A DNA stretch of 64,000 nt from Antedon mediterranea (lineage: Eukaryota > Animalia > Echinodermata). The stretch spans positions 7,502,001 through 7,566,000 of the forward strand of contig NC_092672.1 of NCBI RefSeq assembly GCF_964355755.1. Direction: 5' to 3'. This document shows, one piece after another, positions 53,650 through 64,000 of the stretch. The notes below the pieces were generated by a model. The model did no database searches, was not told the DNA's origin, and saw nothing but the letters and a program-made list of their open reading frames with translations. The translations under genes and the position numbers were made by a program. Position 1 is the first letter of the stretch. Every line of letters begins with the position of its first letter.

Positions 53650-53874
53650 AATTTGGTAACCCCTGCGACAATAAGAACTGCGAGTTTGGTGCCGAGTGCA
53701 TGCTCACGCAGGATGGCTCCGCTGCTAAATGTGTCTGCCCCCAAGACTGTGATTTGTCAGATCACTCAGTGGTTTGTGGAAGTGATGGAACTAGTTACTC
53801 AAATGAATGCTCTCTAACTCTTAGTGGCTGTGTTCAAAAGAAATCTATTGAGGTGGTTTACAAAGGCGAATGCA
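53650..53874 (+). CDS. AGRN: Agrin follistatin/Kazal domain 2 exon
   Basis: ctttcAG|AA..; EFGNPCDNKNCEFGAEC..CVCPQDC..VCGSDGTSYSNEC..C..GEC; A|GTAAGT; 225 nt, phase 1-1. Confidence 0.93.
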
Positions 53875-56596
53875 GTAAGTAACAATTTTTTTTCAATTTC
53901 TTTAGGAAAAATAACTTTCAATCTTAGATACCTACTAAGTACTAATTATTAAATAACCTACTGTACTATTAAATTTAGTGATGTACTGTAGGTACCAAAG
54001 TAGTGTGGGTATGGAAGCAGGTGTCAAGATTGGCCACCATGTTTCAAATTAATCTGGAGGCCTTAACAGCCTATGTAAAGAACATACAGATACAGTATAC
54101 CAACATTTAAAGTATAATTGCAGTGAGAAAATATCATTTGACAAAACAAAGAATATTTATGAAAGTGATCATGTCAAAATTATATTATACAGAAGTTACT
54201 GCAGTAACCACATTTTTTTACTGCAATAACAGTATGTATTACCAATAAAAAAAACTTGCTAAAACAAGCTAAAACAAAATGTAATGACTGATTATAAGGC
54301 AGATTAAATTTAGATGCTTGCCAGTAACTAAAATTATGATAATTAAACAATTGTATGTTTTGTTCTGTTTTCATATTGTTTTATATAAACTTGAAATGCA
54401 ACATCAGTAGTATCAGCATTTAATTAGTACCAAAATAATATGTTGAATAATAGTCATATTCTGAAGATCAAGGTTATATAGTAGCTAGCCTACTTTGGAT
54501 TCCATACAAAGTATACACATTGTTTTCGTTGCACTATGCCGTTTTTGTTTTAGCTCCATTTACACACAGCCACAAGAAATAGCCAATCAGTGATCATAAA
54601 TGGATTTGCAGATTAACATTTTAAAAAGATGATATTTAATTTTAGCTGTGGATGATATGAAAATATGTCAGGTCTCCAGAGAGGTATCACTTGATTCGTA
54701 GGCTATCCTACTAACTACAAATCTGAGTTAATCGTGTAAATGGGCTGCAACTGAACTGTTTTTACAGTTTATGATATGACAGTTTATACATTTCTAACTG
54801 TTCAGTTATTTATTTTGTTTGTCCCATTTCCAAAACACTAAAGCTCTGTCTACACTATCAAACTAGTTTGATGCCCAAATATGACAGTGATATGCTCAAA
54901 TATAGTAAAAAAACATTGTAAATATTGTCTGTATTTGATTTTAAAGTTTCATTGTAAGTTTTTTTCTATGAAGGTTTTTAATCTATTGCTAAAAAAACAG
55001 GACCATAATGTAAAACAGGTGCCAATACCTGATATGTTTTTATCCTGTCTAAATATGCTTTAAATAAAAATTTAAAAAATAAATAAATAAAATATGACAT
55101 CATCATATCTTATATAGGCACATGAAGTTTGATAGTGTAGACAGAGCTTTTGAACAATTATTATTTTAAAATAATGTTCTATTAAATCTGAACAAATTGT
55201 TTTTAAAGTAGTTCCAAAAAATGTTATCCAATCATCAGACCAGGAATAAAATAGGAAAACAATTATCAAGATTTTTATATATTTTAATACCATCTTCTAA
55301 TACTCTTTTGGTCACTTAGGGACTATAAGAGCTTGTTAAGAGACACATTCTACTACCTGTACTGATAACTACAAATTGATTAGAAAATGCTAGAAGCAGG
55401 TAGAAGCTATGCATGTCATTCTCATCAATAACACTGGCTATGAACGTGACTTGTCTAAATGTTTGTAAATACCAGAATACTACAATACTAATTAATCTGT
55501 CAATTTACACTAGGTAAATGAATTATTGATGAAACGAGCCAATTAAATATAAAATGATGTTAATTCAACTTCATCTTTTCAGTAAATATTGTATTTAATG
55601 TGTTCTTTTCAATTTAATATAAAACACTTATAAGTTACATTGCTATGGTACCTCTAACATTTACCGTAATACATTATAGGGTGCAGGTTGGTGACATTTT
55701 TGCCAAATGGCGCCCCATACATCATGTCCATAATTGCGTCCCATACATCATGTCCATAATAATACTTTTCATGAAAGTAACATACCTTTTATTTTATTTT
55801 AAAAAAAATAATTTTGTCATCTGCTTAAAATTATCAGCAAAATAAAATTATTTATTAACTAAACTAAAATTTAATGGTTTTATTAATGTGACAGATTTGG
55901 TTAATGTCTGACAAAGGCCACTATTATTTCCTTTTAAATACAATTTCTATCATCACCTTATCATTTCGGTAAATCTTTTAATAACCCGCAGCTATTTCAT
56001 CAGAATATATTGATTACAAAGGACAAATTGGACTTTTACAAGAAGCATAATCATGTATGTACGTGAATGATGATAAAGTGACGAGACCTTGCTTATCAAA
56101 ATAAGACTCTAGCTTACATTAATGTTGACACCTGCTATACTATAGACTATATATTTCACAACGATGTCATATTGTGAAATTAGCAAATCATAGTTTATTG
56201 ATTTCATAGTGCTGTGTTCACATTTAAATAAACAATTGGAAGTGTTTATAAAGCTTGTTATTCCTAACAATATTCGATAATTGTTTTTAATAGATATTTT
56301 AAGCTCATTATGGGATAAAAGGTCTGATTTAAAAAGCTCTCCAAAAAACTTCTGGCCTGTGAGCCATAGAATGACTCTTGGAAGTTCTAGATGTTTTATC
56401 ATATTATATATAAATAAAAAGGAAAATTGTCAACATGAATAATACAAATTTAAAATTGGACTCTATTATTCTTTTAATTCACTCACATGGAACATTTATT
56501 TTATTTTTAAATTTTGTTCTTTATTAATTATAACTGTTTGTCAAATCATTGCTGCACAGTCCCAATAATTGTGTTATATAAATACATTTTTTTCAG

Positions 56597-56818
56597 ATCC
56601 TTGTGAACAATTCCGATGCAGCCCTGGAGTATGTGGGATAGATGAGGACCGATCACCCTACTGTCGGTGCGACATGGAGTGTGATCAATTACCAAAGGCT
56701 GAAGTATGTGCAAATGATTGGAAGATATACAATAATACATGTGAAATTGAAAAAGCAGCTTGTGAATCACATATGGACTTATTCCCTCTTAATAATGGAG
56801 AGTGTTACAAAGTTGAAA
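56597..56818 (+). CDS. AGRN: Agrin follistatin/Kazal domain 3 exon
   Basis: tttttttcAG|AT..; NPCEQFRCSPGVC..CRCDMEC..VCANDWKIYNNTC..C..GECYKVE; A|GTAAGT; 222 nt, 10 Cys, phase 1-1. Confidence 0.9.
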
Positions 56819-58249
56819 GTAAGTTATTTGGTAATTTTAAATATTCATCTGGTTTGAAGTACTTTTAGAATTTGTCTGAAAAATACAATTGGAATAAAAG
56901 ACTTTAAGGTAAAAATTGAATGAATAACCAATGTTTCCTATTGAGAAAGTCAAGCGGCTAAGACAGGAGCGCCCTTTACTGTTTTGAGGCTGGCTGACTC
57001 ACTCCTAGTTCTGGTGGTGGAACCAAAAACCGTAGGTCTAGTGTTCTCAGTTTGTCCGTGTGCAAAATAACTCAGTTCAGTATTCAAGACAAGTTGGGGG
57101 GAGGAGGGGTTGGTGTTACCCAGGTGAACTGACAAAATAGTCCCTGTTGAGTGGGATTACCACTTATCTGGACAGTGATTAATTTACTATTTATAATCCT
57201 TGGCCACATGTGCCAAAAGACATAAAATAAGAAAAATAAAAAAATTCTTTAAAATGTATTCAATGCAAACCAGCCTATTTTCTTATTGTGTGTGGCATAT
57301 TACAGGATAAAAAAGGACATCATGATCTTTAGTACCAAAAAATGGTCCCCTTTACAAACCGGGTGTCCCCTAAACAGGGGTTGGCCATAGTACAAGTGTC
57401 CCATGTTCATTTCATGGGAAATTATCGGATCCCTTAATATAGTGGTGTTCCCTGTATGTGGTGTTCTAGTGTAGTTTCTTCTTTATATCTTTGACATTTT
57501 TAATATAAATTTACCCATTTGTTTTTCGTGTAAATTGTTATTGATTACTGAATTGATTAAATATTCCCATGTTCAGGTAAGTGTGAAAAAGTAAATTGCT
57601 TGCAAAATTTTCCTAGTAAATTTCTGAGTCATATGTTGATTTTCTCAAGCATCATTTACCGCAAGCCTTCGAACAGATCCAGCGTAAACGGCGGAGTCGC
57701 ATGACCTAATGCTTAAAGTTCAATTATGTCAATATTGTCAACTGTTGGTGCTTGATCCGGCATCGTATTGTTAGTTTTAGTACTTTCACAGTATCTGTTA
57801 AGGTTTTCATGACTATTGGATAATATTGATAATTAACAGGTATGATTTAGTGGTCTATATTAAGAATTAATTCCATATGAAACATATACATACAATATAA
57901 AAGAAAAAAACATACAAAGTATTTAATATACAAAGCATTTAAAGAAATTAAAAAAAAATAAATTACAATTTCTTAAAAAAAAAAGAATAATCAAGATATT
58001 TTTGCACATTACCAGATGAGTATTGAAAAAGCTTCCATTAACAAGTTGGTTCCAATAGAAATGTTATGTCTTTTCAACAACAAAAAACGGACATGGTTGC
58101 ATAGTTGATGGAAACCTACACAATCAATGCTGGGATTACTTTATAGCTGGCGGCCCTGCAGAGGCATTGTCATGCAATCTTGGACAAATCTAAATTCTAT
58201 TTATTTTTCATTACTATATTTTACCAGAAGCAATCAGTATACTGTTGAC

Positions 58250-58480
58250 ATTATTATTATTATTATTATTATAAAATTATTATTTCATACGCATCCAACA
58301 GAGAGTAACTTGCAAATTAGGATGGATAAATAAACTATTTCACAAAAATTATATAATGCTTATAAAGAGTCTTATTTAAGGCTTAGGGAATGGAGTTGAA
58401 AGAGTTACCCCTGGCACTAGGTCAGTATTAAATCCGGGATCTTGGGATTGAAAAGCAAGTATGTTAACCACAAAGCTACA
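58250..58480 (-). mobile_element. Degenerate SINE-like repeat; two 5'-truncated + strand copies in tandem at ~60903-61090 and ~61097-61285
   Basis: Minus strand begins with a tRNA-like head (tgtagctttgtggttaac..cttttcaatcccaag) and continues aactctttcaactcca..ctaagcct.aaataag..tttatccatcct..ctgttggatg.gtat, shared with the 60.9-61.3 kb copies. Confidence 0.6.
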
Positions 58481-59111
58481 ACTCCATATCAACAAAAACA
58501 TTCTGAAATCAGAAGATAAAAAAGCTGAAATAAAAAAAAACATACACTCCGCCAAACAAAAACATTTTAAGCTGACACTGACCCAAAAAAAAATGGAAAA
58601 GAAAAACATCTGGGCTAGGGGAAATAATGGTTGGTTGTTATGTTAAAGTTAATGTATCTCTCGCATGACTGCTAAGTTGAATAAAGATATGATTGGAAAA
58701 ACATGCATACATGATGGTCCATTGCAAACAAGGCATGCTCATTTCAAATAATGTGAACGCAGCTTTTTAAGTATCACTTTTTTTGTTATGATTAAATTTT
58801 AGATTATGCAATTATTCTATGCACATTCCCAAATGAGTTTTTTGAAATTTAGTATGAAAAGAAATTATTCCACTTGATTTCCGTTTTTTTTTTCTCTTTC
58901 AACAATTTTCAAATACTTGACGGTGTGGTTTGAATAACATAAGTTTATGTCCAGAAGAATTTGCATTCCAAGGTCTAGTTTTTTTCCTTTTTCATGATAC
59001 ACAATTTCCTGTATTCTGTTTTCTTTAAACTTATTTTTGGCGCTTTATTATTAAATTTCCCATCCGTCATCACTCTACAAATCATTGCCATCTATTCTCA
59101 TACCAACATTT

Positions 59112-59317
59112 AAAGCTCTGTCTATACTATCAAACTTTATATGACAAAAAAATGTGATATGACCATATATGGAAACGATGATGTCATGTCACCACCATAT
59201 CTGGGCATATCTGTACCATATTTGGGCATATCAGTACCATATCTGGGCATATCAGTACCATATTTGGGCATATCACACTTTTGTTGTCAGACTAATTTGA
59301 TAGTGTAGACACGCTTT
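59112..59317. mobile_element. Short MITE family (TIR AAAGCTCTGTCTACACTATCAAAC); further copies at ~6265-6395, 7343-7466, 29659-29687 (left end only), 48554-48703 and 54840-55150
   Basis: Same TIR and internal catatttgggca(c/t)atca motif at all full copies; T/A-rich flanks, Harbinger-like. Confidence 0.78.
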
Positions 59318-61829
59318 TTCTTTCTTCTAGATTATACTATACATACATGAACCATTTATATTGCAGCCTATCAAAAAGATCATCTTATCTTTAAGAAGAC
59401 AATTTTTAAAGATATTATTAATAATATTATTTTTAAATTACTATTAAAAAACGTCCTTTATACACATTCCTTCAACAAAATGTCTAGTAGCAATATTAGA
59501 TTATTTCATAAATCTGACAAATTAATTTCCCTTCGATTTTGAATCCAATTATTAGATATATATATATTAGATATATATATTGCTTTTCATTATTTATGAG
59601 TAATTTATGAGTAATTTTCAATGTACGCATATTTCAATTTCAATTTATGTTGAGACTTGGATTATTTATACAATTGAAATTAAGATTATTAACCTATTTG
59701 CAAATTACTATTATTTTGACTGTAGTATTTCTTTCACTGTTATTGTTCATGGAGCAATTTTCAATGTTGCTTACATTTTATAAGCTATACAAATTGTTAG
59801 TATGTAGTATGACATCAATCTTTAATCAATATCAATCTCACTGAATTTTAGCTTTTTTTGTATTTAACAATTAAGTGCAAAAGAAAATTTTTATTTATAT
59901 ACTGTATGGTAATAAAATATTATATTATGTTATTACCATATTCAATATTATATTGAACAATTAAAGTAATGATCAATAGTAACACCATTGAATACATTTG
60001 ATTGATTTTGATCATATGTTTTTAAATTTCTAAATTTTGGTTCATTTTGAACAATTGCCACTATAAATATAACCTGAACAGTGAATATTGAATTATTTTA
60101 AAAACATGTTCCATTATTAATAATTAAAGACCTTTTCAAAAATAAATATGAAAAAAAAAAAAATGATTGGTGCCTGGCTTACCTGGATAAACTGACATAG
60201 GCCTTTTCCCTTCAGAAGGAAGAAAACACAATTAGAGACTTTTGAAACCATACCAAATTACAAAACATATTTGTTTTAACCCAAACTACCTAATTCGAAC
60301 TAAATTGCATGTTGTTGTTGAAATATTACTCTAATAAAATACTGACTTTTAAAAACTGATTCAGCATTTTATCTACAAAATAAGATATTAGAAAATTGAT
60401 GTGTACTGTAGGTCACATAGTTTGCTCGTTATGGTAACGAGTATCTGAAGCATTAATCGTCGCTCACTGATGCAACATTAAAGTCCCCATCTGTTACCCT
60501 GATGATTGACATAAGAAGATATTCTTTGGCTCAATATCAAACATATTTCATTACTTCAAACGTATATATTTCTGGTAAGGATTACATAAAATATTTGATT
60601 AAATTTGTCATTTGTCTTATAATATTACAATATACATAAATCAAATTCTAGGTCAAGATTTTTATTCACCCATGATTTTAATTTTTTTTATAGTAAACTA
60701 AAAGAAATTTCTAACAATAAAACAACAAAATCATACATATTAAATAGTGTGGACCAGTAGACCTAAAGATGAGAAATTCTATGACCTACTGTACTCTCTC
60801 ACTGTCAGATGTTATAGCATGAAAGGCAGCCTAAATATTTTTCACCCACTCATGAATTCAATATAGTGGACTACCAGTTAGTTTTGTGATTAAGGTACTT
60901 GCAACTCTTTCAACTCCACCTTCTAAGCCTCAAATAAGTATAAAATTAGCATGGTTTATAAGCGCAATAAATTATAAATTAGTTTATCCATCCTGTAATT
61001 GGTGAGTGGCTTACTGTTGGATGTGTATTAAAGAAGAAAGTATGTTTTACTATAAATTATAGGTACAGAACATTTTCACCAACTCTTAGTAAATTCACTC
61101 TTTCAACTCCACATTCTAAGCCTCAAATAAGACTTACTTTATTATATAAGCACGATAAATTATAAAATAGTTTATATCCATCCTGTAATTGGTGAGTTGA
61201 TTGCTGTTGGATGTGTATGAAAGAAGAAAGTATGTGTGTTTTACTATAAATTATAGGTACAGAACATGTTTTCACCAACTCTTAATAAATTCAAATATAT
61301 TTTGAGGAGTTTCACCAAGCCTTGTCTATTCACAATAATCTATACTGTAGTTCTCACTGCCTGCTGTTGTAAATACTACTGAATACAGTATACAAATTAA
61401 GTAAATATGAACAGTAAAACATCACCCACTTAAACAGCCTAAGGGTATAATTCCTTACATTGGAATGGCAAACATAGCTGTCATTAAATAACTCATTATG
61501 TGAATATTAATTGATTAATTTACAAGGTAAATTGAATATTCTGTTGTTACATGATTGAAATACAACATTAAATATTTTAAGTCACTTTGCACCTGCTTCA
61601 GTACAATACGGTGTATTGACTTGTGTTTTGTATACTATGCGTTTCATACTGTTAAACCTTAAAACAGTAGGCCTACCTTGATATTAGCAAAAATATTAAA
61701 TATAATATTGTAGAATTAGCGGTGCTGCAATTGCCACTATCGTTATGGCATACATGTTTGGGGATTGGTACAGTCAGTATTCGTAAATTAATAATATATA
61801 CAATATTTCTATTTAAATATTCATTTCAG

Positions 61830-62033
61830 ATCCATGTTTAAACTGGGTATGCCCATTCAGCCCATGTATTGTTGATGTTAACGGTGATCCAATGTGTGCC
61901 TGTCCTGTGTGTGCAGACATATATGAACCAGTGTGCAGTACAGACGGAAATACATATCACAGTGAATGTCAGTTTGACAGAGAACGTTGTGTAAATGCCA
62001 TTGAGATGGCCATAGTATCTGAGGGTGAATGCG
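61830..62033 (+). CDS. AGRN: Agrin follistatin/Kazal domain 4 exon (not in ORF track)
   Basis: catttcAG|AT..; NPCLNWVCPFSPCIVDVNGDPMCACPVCADIYEPVCSTDGNTYHSECQFDRERCVNAIEMAIVSEGEC; G|GTGAGT; 204 nt, phase 1-1. Confidence 0.92.
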
Positions 62034-62493
62034 GTGAGTTTTTAAAATAATAAATTAATAATAAAATCAGTAATTTAAACATTTAAATATTAATTAATTG
62101 TTTCATATTATGTTCAAGTAGCTTTGCATCAAAAAGTGAAGTTAGTTGGTAAGATGTTTTTCCCTATTTGAATAGTTAAAGAATGAATATTATGTCGGTG
62201 CAGTATATCTATACCCCCTGCTTCCTTTAGCTTGAATCTAACCATAGCTATCAGCATAAGCTTGGTGGTCTTGAGGTATAATAAATCATTTTAAGCTCAT
62301 TTGTTCAAGTCCCACTTTAGAGTTACTTACATGGTTGTGTTCTCAATGTAAGTATATTAAAAGGATCTTTAGTTTCTGCTACGACTTTATAAACATAATT
62401 GTCAACACATGCCTACTAATCAAATAGTGTTGTGGTTGCATCAGTGCTATGATTTTAACCCCAAACCATATTTGTATTTGTCTTTAAATTCAG

Positions 62494-62712
62494 TGACTGA
62501 CAAGGCAGCTTTGTGTCTAGAACATCTCTGTGACTTTGGTTACTGTATTGTAGAGGGCGGCAAACCAGTTTGCAAATGCGACATGATGTGTCCTGTAATG
62601 TATAAACCAGTTTGTGGAAGCGATGGTATGTCTTATGGTAGTGGCTGTGAACTTTATCAAGCAGCCTGTGAACTGAAGATGGATATTGTTATTGCATACG
62701 AAGGTCTATGCG
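62494..62712 (+). CDS. AGRN: Agrin follistatin/Kazal domain 5 exon
   Basis: aattcAG|TG..; VTDKAALCLEHLCDFGYC..CKCDMMC..PVCGSDGMSYGSGC..C..EGLC; G|GTAAGG; 219 nt, phase 1-1. Confidence 0.92.
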
Positions 62713-63574
62713 GTAAGGACTGGTTTGCACTTTTTGGAAGTGTTGTACAAGGTCTCCCAATAATCGTGGGAGTGATCTTCTATTTTCCACTTAAGATGCA
62801 AGTTTTCTTGATTGTTTTAAATATACTAAAAATCATCCTGATAGTACATAAATTAACAAATTAGTCCCTAATACTAGATTCATATTTTATTAGTCCAGTC
62901 TTTTCTTCCTTAATTAAAAGTGAAAAATGTATTGCCAATATATTTTCCATAAAGCACATCAGCTTACTGTAGAGCCTATGTTATTGTTACTTTTTCCGGC
63001 CACGATTTACTATAAAAATGATATATATAATATCTATATAATATAACTGTTATTAACTTATTGTTTAATGTATTTTAAAATCTATGGTTTGGCCATGTTT
63101 TATAAAGTCTCCCAATATTTACAATTGTTCTCAAGTTTGGATCTTGAAACATTGAGATTTCAACTAAGAAACTCCATAGTACAAGTCTATAATCACACAT
63201 CCTTGAAACCTTATTGATAAAGCAAGCAATAGTTACAATTAGTACACATTTTACTCACCTGGCCTAAGATTAAATTTGTTTAGCTACCATCTTTTATATT
63301 TGATGGCAATCTAGTTTTATTGCATATAACATCACTCAGTTTAACTACACATTGTATTTTATTTTATACAAAGCACAGTTGTTTTCAATCTTCTCTATCT
63401 ACCTTTCCTGACTATTTTAGTGTCATACATCTTTACATAATATAAAAACAAATGCAAACTTTCCTATTCACTTTTTTTATTCAGTTTGTACTATTCTGTT
63501 AGTAAATACTTGAACAGTGCTCATCCATTTTAGATAGCACTAGTAGGCCTACAATGGAATCTATTTTATTTCAG

Positions 63575-63781
63575 AGGGTTGTGAGCAACATGAGTGCGAG
63601 TATGGTGCCATCTGTGAGATGACCATAGATGGACCTAAGTGCGTCTGTTCAGAAGGATGCATAGAAGTCCAGGCCCCAGTGTGTGGTTCTGATGGAGTCA
63701 CGTACAGTAATGAATGTGTACTACGTGTAGAAGCTTGTAAAACCGAAGCAAATACATCCGTGGCATCACTGGGTCTTTGTG
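63575..63781 (+). CDS. AGRN: Agrin follistatin/Kazal domain 6 exon (gene continues beyond the window)
   Basis: tttatttcAG|AG..; EGCEQHECEYGAICEM..CVCSEGC..PVCGSDGVTYSNEC..C..LGLC; G|GTAAGC; 207 nt, phase 1-1. Confidence 0.92.
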
Positions 63782-64000
63782 GTAAGCACTGCACTATAAA
63801 ATGTTCACACTCACTCAGTAACAGCATCACATTTAATATTCATTTAGCTTCTATCACGTTTTTATTTATATTTCACTTTGGTTCTTTTACCTAAACATAA
63901 AGCTTGGTTCTCAATAGGAAGCAATTCAAAGACGTAAGCGCAACGCATGTTTATTAAAAAAAATCATAACACAATTGAACATCCAAACTGTCGCTTGTGA

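Noticed and set aside
4845-60510. Other CTGATGA matches (e.g. ~4847, 6728, 32291, 37546, 44212, 60499) as hammerheads
   Set aside because: None is followed by a stem II, GAAA and UH cleavage arrangement.
63561-63830. Minus-strand 89-aa ORF
   Set aside because: Antisense shadow of the FS6 exon.

Overview
AT-rich, intron-rich eukaryotic (metazoan, probably invertebrate deuterostome-like; inference) DNA holding the 5' part of an agrin gene on the + strand. A signal peptide + NtA exon (3919-4321) is followed by a ~38 kb intron, a 36-nt linker micro-exon (42417-42452) and six follistatin/Kazal exons; every junction is AG..GT in phase 1, and the gene runs off the right edge. Two of these exons are absent from the ORF track. 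Most notable: (1) an unannotated candidate alternative first exon (39805-39907) encoding a short basic N-terminus and a 22-residue hydrophobic helix, with a phase-1 GTAAGT donor, i.e. a likely type II transmembrane (TM/SN-type) agrin isoform outside vertebrates; (2) two sense-strand Penelope-type minimal hammerhead ribozyme motifs flanking the micro-exon; (3) a CAG|GTAAGT recursive-splice-like site. The introns are filled with non-autonomous transposons (Sola2-like foldback, Harbinger- and Kolobok-like MITEs, a Helitron, SINEs, a TTGCGCAA-rich MITE with its empty site next door), local duplications and minisatellites. All calls are from reading the sequence by eye; no searches were run.
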